The position numbers and the translations under genes were made by a program. Shown here piece after piece: positions 14,371 to 26,829 of a DNA stretch of 64,000 nucleotides (positions are counted from its first letter, which is position 1; each line of letters begins with the position of its first letter). The stretch lies in assembly GCF_006345805.1 (NCBI RefSeq), contig NC_043002.1, positions 107,012,001-107,076,000 of the forward strand, written 5' to 3'. The stretch is from Octopus sinensis. Its lineage: Eukaryota. Under the pieces are notes generated by a model. The model was given only the letters and a program-made list of their open reading frames with translations, had not been told where the DNA came from and ran no database searches.

Positions 14371-16099
14371 TTCTCTATTCAGTTTGAGAATGGCAATTTC
14401 TGAGAACATAATTTTTTATGGATTTTTTTACCCCCCTTTTTTTTTCCTGGTTAAGAAATCTATTTCACGTTTATATTGAGAACCTCATGATTTTTTTGAA
14501 CTGAGAAAGCAGGACTTATTTCAATGTTGTGTACTAGGTCTGTGTTGTTGGTGAGTACAACATCTAATGCATTACATATGGTATTATAATAGTTGTGTTG
14601 TTACAAGTTGGTGCAAAAAGGCATTTTTGATGGTGTAAATTAACACCAATATTTCTGTTGTACTTAAAAGTGTCCAGATTTAATGTACTCCAAAGACCAC
14701 TTCATTCTTGGACAGTTGAGATCACTCAAAAATATGTTATGAAGTGTCAGCTTCTCCAAGTACTATTTGTATATTTGTCAGATACTCTTCAAAGCAGTTA
14801 TGATGAGACAGTATCAGGAGATCTATGACATCATATGTTGTTCTCTATCACGTGAACAATCAGTAATTCACATATCCAACACAATAATCTAGCAGTTAAA
14901 TTTCCCCAACCATTCCTACCACATCAACAGTCTGAATTATAAACTGGGAAACCTAGCATACACACTTAAGCCTCTTGCATTGTTGATGTGACAGCATGCT
15001 TAATGGTAGTTACAGCTTTTAGGAAACGTTCATTATATTGTAGATTCCTTGAACTTTCCAAAGGATTAAAGAACTGGTGATAGCATGTGTGCAATGAAAA
15101 TTCTACACAGATTTGCAATGCGCTGTACAGTAAGCTAGTGTTTATTTCTGTAGATGTTGGAATAATTCTATGTATGTCCAAGTTTGTATGGTCCTTAATG
15201 AAGTCTGTGTGATAGTTCCAAAACAGAAGCAGATTATTTTTGTCATAGCAACTTTGAGAATATATGTGTGTGCGTGAGTATGTATGTATGTGTGTGTGTG
15301 TGTGTGTGTGTGTCTATATATAATAGACACAGGTGCAGCTGTGTTGTAAGAAATTTGCTTCTCAACCACATGGTTCCAAGTTTCGTTGCACTGTGTGACA
15401 CCATGGGCAAGCATGTGCTATAGCTCTAGGTCAACCAAAGCCTTGGGAGTAGATATGGTAGAGGGAAACTAAAAGAAGCTCATTGAGTGTGTCCTTGTCT
15501 TGACATTGTATGAAAGTTGTAAAGGAGTGTCACTGTCATACAAGCAGTGTTGTTTATTTCAAACATTCAGTGAGAATATGTTTGGTCATGGAGAAACATC
15601 ACCTTGCTTGAAAACAGGCGAGGGTTGGTGACAGGGAAGGCATGTGGCTATCGAAAATCATTTCCAAATTCACTTCTAAACTGCATTCGTTCTCATTTGC
15701 TTAGATTACTGTTCCCAACTGGGGCCACCACAAAATCTCAAATTAATAGTGGAATTTGAGGTAATTCAAAGCCACTACACAAAGAAGATTGACTCAGAGC
15801 AACAGATGAGCTACTGGGAGAGCTTAAGGAATTGAGATTCTACTCCCAAGAGAAAAAAAAAACACAAAAGATATGAGCTAGTGGCACAGAGAAGCACCTC
15901 CATTATACTCTCGGAGTGGTTGACGTTAGGAAGGGCATACAGTTGTAGAAACTCTGCTAGATCAGACTGGAGTTTGGTGCAGTCTTCCAGCTTACCAGTC
16001 TTGGTCAATCCATCCAACCCATGCCAGCATGGATAATGGATGTTAAATGACAATGATGATAATATATATATATACATACACACACATGAAAGAATGTAG

Positions 16100-16470
16100 A
16101 ACATCTAACTCCCAACTTAGAGGTTGAAGTCTACACCAATCACTGAAATGGTTGCTGTTGTATAACACCAAAGATCTCATCTGCTTCATCTAACAGAAAG
16201 ACCCATCATGGTATCAACTTAGGCTTCAAGGGCCCACAACTTTTCAACATTCTGCCAAACACTCTCAGAGAACCAAAAGATGTAAATGTGGAGGTGTTTA
16301 AAGAAAAAAATTTGGAAAATTCTTATCTCAGGAACCAGATGAATCCACATCATGGCAAGAAATAAAGGAAGAGCAATGGTTCTGAAGAGGAGCCAGAAAG
16401 TGTGTGTGAAACAAAAACTGATCACACTAAAGATGGTGCCCCAGTATGGGCATAGCCACAGCTGAAACCC
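16100..16470 (+). mobile_element. CR1/L2-like LINE 3' fragment
   Basis: Degenerate GPQLFNILP..VEVFK..PDE motif typical of CR1-group ORF2 C-termini. Confidence 0.55.
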
Positions 16471-16609
16471 CAGTAAAAATCAATAAGAGTATATTTACAT
16501 ATATATATATATATATATACAAATTCAGTCATGTACACATGTAATTTTATGTGTATCTATACATATACATTTGACATGAGTGATTCTTTCTTGTGTGTGT
16601 GTGTGTGTG

Positions 16610-16655
<46 letters not shown>

Positions 16656-16738
16656 ACATACACTCACATGTACACATACAAGCTTTCATGAATAGATGAA
16701 GGTTTTATATCTACATCTACACACCTATGCATGCATGT

Positions 16739-16785
<47 letters not shown>

Positions 16786-16794
16786 CATATATAA

Positions 16795-17120
16795 TAGGAG
16801 CACTCTGTTGGTTACGACAATGAGGGTTCCAGTTGAGCCAATCAATGGAACAGCCTGCCCGTGAAATTAATGTGCAAGTGGCTGAGCACTCCACAGACAC
16901 CTGTACCCTTAACATAGTTCTCAGGGAGATTCAGCATAACACAGAGTATGACAAGGCTGGCCCTTTGAAATACAGGTATTACTCACTTTTGCTAGCTGAG
17001 TGGACTGGAGCAACGTGAAATAAAGTGTCTTGCTCAAGAACACAATGTGTTGCCAGGAATTGAACTCATGACCTTACGATCATGAGCAAAATGCCCTAAC
17101 CACTAAGCCACGTGCCCTCA
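16795..17120 (-). mobile_element. tRNA-derived SINE (V-domain-like family)
   Basis: Same head and body as 8878-9203. Confidence 0.85.
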
Positions 17121-17315
17121 TATATATATATATACACACACATTATGATGGTTGTTGATTCATTAAATGAGTATGACCATGGCTGCCTAAAAGTGTATCA
17201 TACAATTACAAATTGTGAGAACAACAATGGCTCTTGAATCCTGTCAGCAATTTACAGAACTTGTTGCAAGTGCAACATTCATACAAATTCTTTCGACTTT
17301 TTGGTTGTTCTAGCC

Positions 17316-17596
17316 CAGTGCTACTCAAAGTGGTGGTCTGCGGACCAGTGCCGGTCCACAAACCATCAGCTGCCGCTACGTGGCAAGTTTCCAGAAAAGA
17401 AAGAAACGTTATAAAATGCTTATGTAATATTGTATTATTTGATTACAAAATAAACATAAGATAAAGAAAAATTGTCAACTTTTATTATTATATAGTTTCC
17501 GGTATAAATTAATATTACTAAGAAATATTACTTGTCCCTAGCACATTGGAACAAAAAACTGCCGGTACGCTACATCAAATAGTTTGAGAAGCACTG
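17316..17596. mobile_element. hAT-type MITE
   Basis: TIRs CAGTGCTACTCAAA / TTTGAGAAGCACTG. Flanks TTCTAGCC / TTCTAGAT form an imperfect 8-bp TSD resembling the hAT TCTAGA target. Confidence 0.75.
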
Positions 17597-17599
17597 TTC

Positions 17600-18070
17600 T
17601 AGATCATTCTGGTTATTTTCTGTGTAGCCTCATGTGCCTAAATAAACCTGAGTGATTTGTACGTGCTTTCTGACAAACAGCACATGGGAGGTTGGCCACA
17701 GCAAAAACGTCGTAGTTGGTAACAGGTCTTTCTGAGTGGCTTCTCTGGTGGCTCACCAGGCTTGCACAAGACATACATATGTGACCGCAGAGTTCACAGA
17801 CTAAGGTGAGGAACTGCAGTGCCAACAGAATAGTCTTTTTCTGCTGATCTCCTTATGCGTGACCACTTGCTTGCATTTTGCTATAATGTTCTCACTCTGT
17901 CAAAGACTCTTTGCTTCCAGGTTTTCCTATCACTTGAGATCTTCCCACTCCTTTTTGGAAACCTCACAGGTTCCAAGCAATTCTTTAAGTTGCCCTTGAA
18001 TCACTTTCTGGTCGAGTGCCTTGCAACAGTTCACCACAAAACATTTACTTGGGAATTCTTCAGTCATCAA
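17600..18070 (-). mobile_element. LINE (probably RTE clade) ORF2 C-terminal relic with C2H2-like fingers
   Basis: CELCGHICMSCASLVSHQRSH and CAVCQKARTNHSGLFRHMRLH, with degenerate upstream frame and no splice context. Confidence 0.5.
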
Positions 18071-18209
18071 AACACACAACATAATTAACCCAGTGAATAC
18101 CGTGACAGTGGGTGTGGGCCTTAATACTCACTGCATTGGCTCTATTAATACCCCTGTACATACAAACATATACATTTATACACAACCAAACTTATGTATA
18201 TACTTATTC

Positions 18210-18530
18210 ATACCAGCTTCGCCTTACTGGCACGTGAAAAAACATTCGAGCAAGGTCGTTGCCAGTGCCACTGGACTGGCTCCTGTGCAGGTGGCACGTA
18301 AAAAGCACCATTTGAGCATGGCCGTTGCCAGTACCGCCTGACTGGCTCTCGTTCCGGTGGCATGTAAAAGCACCTGCTACACTTTCAGAGTAGTTGGTGT
18401 TAGGAAGGGCATCCAGCTGTAGAAACTCTGCCAGATCAGATTGGAGCCTGGTGCAGTCCTGGTTTGCCAGTCCTCAGTCAAATCGTCCAACACATGCTAG
18501 CATGGAAAACGGACGTTAAACGATGATGAT
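18210..18530 (+). mobile_element. 5'-truncated RTE LINE 3' UTR
   Basis: 66-bp-type units, ttaggaagggcatccagctgtagaaac, and a gatgatgat tail. Confidence 0.8.
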
Positions 18531-19199
18531 GAATGTGATAAATTCTAGACAGGAGCAAGCATTGGGATGCTTGCACATGAGGAAATTCTCATTTGCCAAT
18601 TATAAGAGAATAATTATCATTTAAATTACATAAGGTTTTGAAATGATGGACTGAAAATGATTATCCAATAAGAACCAGAAACAGAGATTGTTCACGTCTG
18701 ACTTGATGGACAGCTCCAAATTATACAACGCAGAGTTTATAAAAGAAAATCATTAAACGACCATCCAGAGGGAACATCAAGTTAAGACCCTGAAGAGACT
18801 GCACCATTTTGAAACTAGTTGGTCTTAAAAGTCAGGATATAATTATAGAATTAAAGGCAATGCTATTGCTACTTTTGCAAACACCCTTCACATGCAAGTG
18901 CTACCAGTCGAAAGCTCCGCATACTGGAAGCCAGCAAGTGTATGGAGTCATGAGGAAAGAATGTGTGCCATTTCGGGGTCTACCTCTTGACGGCATCATT
19001 GCACACCAGCCCCCCTCACTGATATGATGTCCCACTTGCTAGATCAAATGGTTATCAAATAAAGCTCATTATTCTTCTAGCCATCGCTTATCTCTTTTTA
19101 ACCAAATCCAGTGGCTAGCCTTTTATATCTGTATATAGAAGCATACATATATATATATACATTCACATATGGTGGGAAGTCAGCTTGTGACTGAATAAG

Positions 19200-20340
19200 A
19201 CCACTTCCTAGACTCATTCCACTCAAAGAAATATCTCAATTTTGATCTCCCCACTGCTGATGAGGTTTCATATGGCTCCTAAAAACCATCCCACACCAAC
19301 CACAAATCAACCCCCACCCAGCAGCAGCCTGACCACCATCTACATGTTGGAACCTACAATGCCAAGTGCATCCACTGGCCAACCCACACACACTGCTTAC
19401 ACAAGGTGCATGAGTGATCATGCTGAACACCACGTTGGTAGATAAAGGTACCTCTGTGACCACACTTGTGGTTGCACAGGTTTGCCTTTGAGAAACAGAC
19501 TCAACCACACTAGTCACATGAAAGAGACCCTTTTGTACCCTTCACAGAAAGAGGGTTCACACCCTCAATACATTTACCAGTATGTTTCAACTCAGTGTGT
19601 GCAACCCTATTGTTCTCAAATTCTTTAATACTCACAGTAATTGGGTTCCACCACAGCCCCCTATCTGATGCAAGACCATCCCAGCTGTTAGTATCAATGG
19701 TTTCTTTTTTCTAAGTGTGTCCTTAAGACTGTCTTTGGAATACTTGCATGGCTTACACAAGACGTATTCCTTGCTCCAGCTCACCATACAAAACCTGTTT
19801 TGGCATGTGGGTGTCCTCTAAACAGGCAAGATGACCAGGCCATCTATGCTGATGCTTCATAATCATACTCAACACACGTCATTTTCGTTAGCTGCAATAA
19901 TCTTGTATCAGGTACAAGAGATCACCTTGAGATCTTCAAGATACTATGCAAGTGTCACAAGTGGATTCACTCAAAATATAGAATATGCCTGCAACAGGTT
20001 GTCCAGATTTTGCAGCCGGACAACAGCACTGTTAAGATACATACTTGATAGACCTCGGCTTTTGTAGCTGCTTTGATGTCCAGTTGTGATTAGTGGCTAG
20101 ACTCAAGCTTTTCAAATGCATCACAGGTCTTAAAAAGCCTGTAACTGACCTCCTCATCAAGTGTGCTACTAAGGTAAACATATCCATGACTTCTGACTTT
20201 TCCCCCTTGACGTTGTATCAATGGCTTGTTGGTTGTAGCATGACTATGGTCTTCTCAGAACTGACTGTAAGGTCAAATTCAAACTCATTACACACAGCTG
20301 AAAAGCAGTCCATCAGAAGCTACAAGTGCTCCTCAATGTG
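19200..20340 (-). mobile_element. Decayed RTE-clade LINE 3' part
   Basis: [23 protein letters not shown] matches the RTE RWxGHxxRMxDxRxPKxxLYGEL motif. A degenerate Cys/His tail follows. Confidence 0.7.
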
Positions 20341-20619
20341 AATTACAACAAACTGAGACCAACATAAACATACATGTATAAACACACACACACACACACA
20401 CATATATACACAAGGTGTGATGGGTAAATTGTCGGCCATTCTATAAATTTCATTTCGTGCATGCACAGTGTTCGTTTTTGATTTTGTCGAGTACACAGTA
20501 TAGTAGGGTCAGTAGGACACCGTCTGTGAGAAAAAACAGCACCATGATGCAATTTACTCTGTCAGAAATTTGGAGACAGTATGCTGTACTGCTTGGCATT
20601 CATGCCAGAAGCTCCAATG

Positions 20620-21000
20620 CAAACAGATGGTGAACACACACAACAACTGTTGGCTTGTTACAAAACTCTCGATACAAAACATGTACTGAAAGTGATAAAA
20701 ATCAAACATCCAGTCAACATCATGGTGTTTGGAGTGATCACTTGTGATGGCAACGTTATGCCTCCATTCATCTTCCCACACAGCCTCAGACTCAACACAG
20801 ATGCCAACATCAAGTGCCTGGAGGTGGTAGTGCTGCCCTGCCTGGGTCAAGAGGGTGGCTGCTGGAAGACCCTGTATTTATCTGGCTACCTAACTCACCA
20901 GACTGCAACCTCTTTAGTATACATGGGGCGCAGTTGAGCGAGAAACCAACAAAACTCCTTGTAACACCAAAAATGAACTGAAGGCAAGCTTGTACAAAAC
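20620..21000 (+). pseudogene. Tc1/mariner (maT, DD37D-like) transposase fragment
   Basis: KHPVNIMVFGVITCDGNVMPPFIFPHSLRLNTDANIKCLEVVVLP and a degenerate SPDCNPLxYxWGAV motif. Confidence 0.7.
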
Positions 21001-21432
21001 ATAAGTGACACCCTTGGTCACCATCATAGATTCCAGCAAGATGGTTAGCACTATTTTGATGGCAAGTTTTGTTAGAGTATCCCTCTCCTAGAAGAGCCAC
21101 CTTCTGCACAGCTTTGTGAAAAAACAACGGAGGGAGCCTCCTCTACCTCTGGGAAACCTATTTCACCCATAGATGGGACTTCGAGAGGTAATATCATTCA
21201 AGGTTAGAACAGAACCTAGAGTAATGGTAATCAAGGGGTGACTCCATGCTCCCCACAATTCCAGATCTCAAGCCCCACCATCTGATCAACCCACAAGGCT
21301 TTACTCAGCTTTGGGCTATAGAAGACACTTGCTCGTAGCACCACGAAGTGGGATGGAACTCCAAAGCATGTGGCTGGGAAGCAAACCTCTTAACACACAG
21401 CCATACCTGACCTTACATAGTATGTATATACA

Positions 21433-21470
<38 letters not shown>

Positions 21471-21483
21471 GACTGGATGTTTG

Positions 21484-21514
<31 letters not shown>

Positions 21515-22639
21515 GTATATTCTTTTATGTGTTTCAGCCAGGTGGCTGTGGTCATGCTGGAGCACCAACATAGACAAGAGACATTAAATGATGATATATA
21601 TATATCTATATATATTACACACACATAAATATATACATTCATACATACATGCAGGCTCATGTATAATTGTGGTAAGAAGTTTGTATCCTAGCAACATGGT
21701 TTGGGGTTGTCCCACTGCATGGCACTTTGGGAGAGTGCCTTCAACTATAGCCCCAAGACGACCAAAGCCCTGTGAGCAGATTCGGTAAATAGAAACTGAA
21801 AGAAGCCCGTCGTGTATATACACATATGTGTGTGGGTGTGTGCATGTGCGACTGTGTGTGTGTGTGTGTTTTACTGTCTCCTTGCTTTCACATCACATGA
21901 TAGTTGTAAATGGGCGTCACCGTCATGCCAGCAGTGTCCCTCGTTTCCAATCTGCCGTGAAAATATCTCTGGTCACGGGGAAATATTACCTTACAAGGAA
22001 ACAGGTGAGGTCGGCAACAGGAAGGGCATCCGGTCACGGAAAAATCTGCCATACAAGCATGGACAAGCAGACATTAACACAACACTGATAGTGATGATGT
22101 ATATACATACATTTGTATGTACATATATATACATGGATACACACATATATGCATGTATAGATCAACATATTTTTTATACGTTTCAGCTCTAAGGCTGTGA
22201 TCATGCTGGGGCATATATATACACATGCACATACAAATATACATGTGTATATATATATATATATATATTTATATATACATGTGTATAAATGTATATATAT
22301 ACATTTACTTATATATGAATATATAAGCTTCCATATATATATATATATATATATATACACACTTGCAGACACGTTTATATACATATATCTACATTTATGC
22401 ATGATCTCACAGATGTGTGTGTGTATACACACATGCATATATATATATATATATATATCCCTGTACGCTTATATAAAGTACATCTCTCCCACACACTTAG
22501 AACTCGAATGTAGACATTCAACATACATCAATACATTTTTTTTTTCTCTCTGCTAGAAATTCTGTCACGTGCAAAAGATAGGCCAGAGTCAGTTGGCCTC
22601 CATATATAACATTATGTAACCCATTATATCTATGTATAT

Positions 22640-22670
<31 letters not shown>

Positions 22671-22784
22671 TACACGGGTTCAGTATGTATAAAGCGGATG
22701 TAAGCTGGCATTGCGTACGATGAAACGGATATAGATACTGTGGAGTGATGTGTTGAAAGATATAAAATGGTTAACAACTAACAT

Positions 22785-22817
<33 letters not shown>

Positions 22818-23627
22818 TTTCTCTGTTAAATAGCTCATGTCATTGGGCCGTTAATTATATAATATAATTATATATATATATATATATATATAACTTAAAT
22901 ATATATATAACATCTTGACTATATACGTATATATATATGGTACTTATATATAGTGTGTGTACTTTAGAACTGACACAGATCACACAGGGTGTGTGTCTAT
23001 ATATGTGTATATATAAAGTACGTGTGTGTCCGGGGTTGGAAATAATTTTCTTAGACAAAAGGGGAAAGTGTTTTGGATGATGATAATAATTAGTTATGTA
23101 GACCCAAGAAGGGACCAGATGACTTATTTATTTCATTTATTCACTGAACTAAAAGTGAGAAACCTGATGGTGATGAAATCCTACTAAATATATCGTAATA
23201 AAGTTTCCTTCCAGGATATTATATAGACTGTCCATCATCATCTCTACACCCATTTTTTTTTTAAAGACCTCTTCCCACATGTAGGCTACATACAGCACAC
23301 ATGGGGGAATCAGTTTTAATGGTATACATACATTTATATATATAATACACACTACATATGCTGAATGATAATGCATTATATATATATATATATATATACA
23401 TATGTGACTTGTTAATATGTGTATGTGACCTCTTCATATATATATACACGTGTGTGTGTGTGTGTATATGTGGCTATATGTCTGACTAATGTGTGTGTGT
23501 CTGTATTTATTGTATGTGTGTATAAGTATTTATATGCTTATATTATCCATTATAGTAATATTTGTCTGTTGAAATCCGTTTCAAGGCGGTCACTAGTTCA
23601 ATTAAGGATGTGTCTATACATGTATGT

Positions 23628-23638
23628 ATGTATGTATG

Positions 23639-23698
<60 letters not shown>

Positions 23699-24241
23699 GT
23701 ATACATACATAATGTATACATACAAACATATATATATATATATACATACATAGATATACACATACATACATAGATATACACATACATATATATATATACA
23801 CATATATATACACATACACATATATATATACACATACACATATACACATACACATATATATACACATACACATATATATACATACACATATATATACATA
23901 CACATATATACATACATACATACATATATACATACATACATACATATATACATACATACATATATACATACATACATACATATATACATACATATATATA
24001 CATACACATATATATACATACACATATATATACATACATATACACATATATATACACACATACATATACACATATATATATATACATATCTACATACATA
24101 TACACATATATATATATACATATCTACATACATGTACACACATATATATACATACATATCTACATACATGTACACACATATATATACATACATATCTACA
24201 TACATATACACATATATATACATACATATATATACATATAC
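23628..24241. repeat. (TA)n/(TACA)n microsatellite just inside GGNBP2 intron 1
   Basis: Read directly. Confidence 0.95.
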
Positions 24242-24443
24242 AAAGTTGATTGAATACATTTGAATAGAAAGTAAAGATGAAACGAAGAAGAAACATCGTC
24301 GTTACACACATTTAACAACAACAACAAGCAACACAAAGAGTAAAATGTATGGCAATAATTATAAAGAAGAAGAAGAAGGAAGGCAAAAAAAGATGAAAGA
24401 AAAAAAAAAACAATAAAGCTGTGGTGATGATGTTCTTACTTAC

Positions 24444-24530
24444 AGTTAATGTATCGTCCATAACCAGAGGAAGTTGCCGTCTTTCAAACTGGTAGTCGTC
24501 GGAACGACAAACAGCAACCAGTTTGGCCAT
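24444..24530 (-). CDS. GGNBP2: Gametogenetin-binding protein 2, first coding exon
   Basis: Encodes MAKLVAVCRSDDYQFERRQLPLVMDDTLT, compared with recalled human MARLVAVCRDGEEEFPFERRQIPLYIDDTLT. Ends in a phase-0 GTAAGT donor after DDTLT. Confidence 0.92.
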
Positions 24531-25189
24531 GTTCACTCCACAAGAATCACTGAACACTAATATACACACGCCCGCATACACTCCCACATATATATACACT
24601 CACCAGAGAGATATCACCAGATATATATCTATATATATATGCTGTCCCACTTTCTCCCTTTCTTGTATCCTCCTTAGTTCTCTATATATCTATATACGTT
24701 CAGACGTAGAAGCTACAGTACTATGTATATATAGTACGGTACTATATATAAAAATATATATATATAGTGCTATAATATATGTGTTATAGTCCAGTTACAG
24801 AGGGATTGTTGTATTGTAAAAATCCTTGTCAATGACGACCAGTAAAGATTGTATTCGAGGGGGAAATATTAACAAACTAACAACGTTAACAGTTTTTTTC
24901 TAACACCTCCACCTAATGTCGTCTTCGTCCTGAAATAAAGACGACACACGTAGGAGGTGAGGAAAGTATTTAGCAAAAAATATCACAGATTTATTATCCG
25001 ATACGCTTCTAATTCTCTCTTATATTAGTTATTATATAATGTGTGCTTGTATAAGTTATATACACACCTATAATACTGCATATATATATATATGTGTGTA
25101 TATACAACACCCTGTTAGGTTTTTTGCCTATGTTTAATATCTCAGTTAAACGACAAAACTGACACACTCGTACTTCTATAATATACTTC

Positions 25190-25780
25190 CCTAATGGCTA
25201 ATATATCACTACCAACACTCACTGAGATTATTTTTCTTGTTTTTCACACTTTCTTGTTCGTCTTTCTCTTTTTTTTTACCCCAACTTTTCCCATTAGTCT
25301 TTCTTCTTCAACCTACCACTACCTCTCTCTCTCTTTCTATCACTCAATTACTCTTTCAATTCAACTCTATTTTACAATTAATATGCTCTCTCTTTCTATA
25401 TATATGTATCCTATACTCTTTGTCTTTCCCTCTCTATCTAATTCTCCCCTCTATATCTACCTAAATATATATATTTCTGTCCATCTATCTCAAACTTTCT
25501 CTCTATTTCATTTTCTTTCTTTCTCTCTTCTCTCCCTTCATCACTCTCAAACATCCTAACCCGGTTCTAACTTTCTATATTTGGTCCTCTCTATCATTTT
25601 CTCTTCCTTTCTATATTTCTTTCTAACCCTCACACCTTCTCTCTCTATTTCTCTCACACCTTCTCTCTATCCACTTTCCCTCCATAACTAATACTGTCTT
25701 TCCTCTTCCTTCTCGCCTTATCATATCGGCCTCCTATTTTCCCCCTTTTCTCGTATTTGTCCTTCTGTATTTTTTTAGCT
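25190..25780. repeat. Pyrimidine-skewed (CT-rich) low-complexity tract
   Basis: About 600 bp with very few G on the + strand. Confidence 0.8.
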
Positions 25781-25799
25781 TCTTTTTATATAACATACA

Positions 25800-26300
25800 C
25801 ACATTTATGTATATTTGCATAGTTTGCTATTGTAATTAAAAAAAGTTTATATCTCCGTCCGTTCCCGTCATTTCTCTCAACAACAAACCCCGCTCCTCGT
25901 CACTCTACGACAATATCGAGCAAAACGAATATTTTCGAGTAAAATATTTGAAATACTTAAATTTTTTATTTCCTTTATGTCACAATTATTTTTTTATTCA
26001 ATGAAAATAATTTTTTCAGATCAAAGTATTTTTTATCAATATTTTTTTTAATATTTACTTCTTTTACAATACGGGCAATTGCCATCACGGGTTACATTTT
26101 TCGACATCGTAAGCGATGTACTTTAATTTTTAGAAAATTCCCCCAAATAACCTGTTACATTATTTTTATACACTTCATTAAATAAATACTAATTTAATAA
26201 ACATTTCTAGGCAATTACGTTCAGATTTCTTTAAGTCTAATTAATGATTCATGTTCATTCCTACCGTCACAAGGGATCTTTCGACTTATTTTCTTCTAAT
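25800..26300 (-). promoter_or_regulatory. Candidate GGNBP2 promoter region
   Basis: Unique sequence retaining CpG, 1.3-1.8 kb upstream of the ATG. Positional inference only. Confidence 0.3.
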
Positions 26301-26829
26301 TTCGTGTCAAATATTTTATAAAATAATTATTCTGAATGTAATTTACCATTTAAAAAAATATGGTCATTAAATTTCGTTTATAAAAACGAATTTAAGAGAA
26401 AGAATCTATAAGAAAAGTCATATCGTTAAAACCACAGTTCACAGTTGCGAATTCAATATTAAACTCAAAAGCCATTTTCTGATGTGGTGGGTGGCCGATA
26501 ATAAAGTCACAATTAATTTATGGGATCTGGACAACCCCAACCCCTAAGACAAAACCCCCATTGACTTTATTACCATGGACTTTTTTAATACTTGATTCTG
26601 ATGATGTGGCCTTGGTTGAATAGTTTATCAGTTTTAGAGGGGAGGGATCGCCAAAATGATTTGTTTTAAATCACAATAAAATAGCTAATCAGTAAACAAT
26701 ACAAAAATAAGTTCAATTTTTCTTAGCTCTAGGTTGAATCTTTGTGTGTAGCTTATATAAGACCAGGATCTGCCCTGGGTAATTTTATTTATACTTAAAT
26801 ATATACATAAAAGTGAGAAGAAAAAAAAA

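Noticed and set aside
14966-15214. ~80-codon minus-strand open frame after a possible acceptor (DFIKDHTNLDIHRIIP...)
   Set aside because: No recognisable homology and only a weak acceptor; the length is within chance expectation.
17613-17825. Two C2H2-like fingers as a host zinc-finger gene
   Set aside because: There are no canonical TGEKP linkers or splice context, and the segment sits in degenerate LINE-like sequence, so an ORF2 C-terminal relic fits better.
23175-23245. MMMDSLYNILEGNF... as GGNBP2 exon 2 (human MVMEFPDNVL...)
   Set aside because: Similarity is weak beyond the first residues, the acceptor context is purine-rich with no pyrimidine tract, and the donor is weak.
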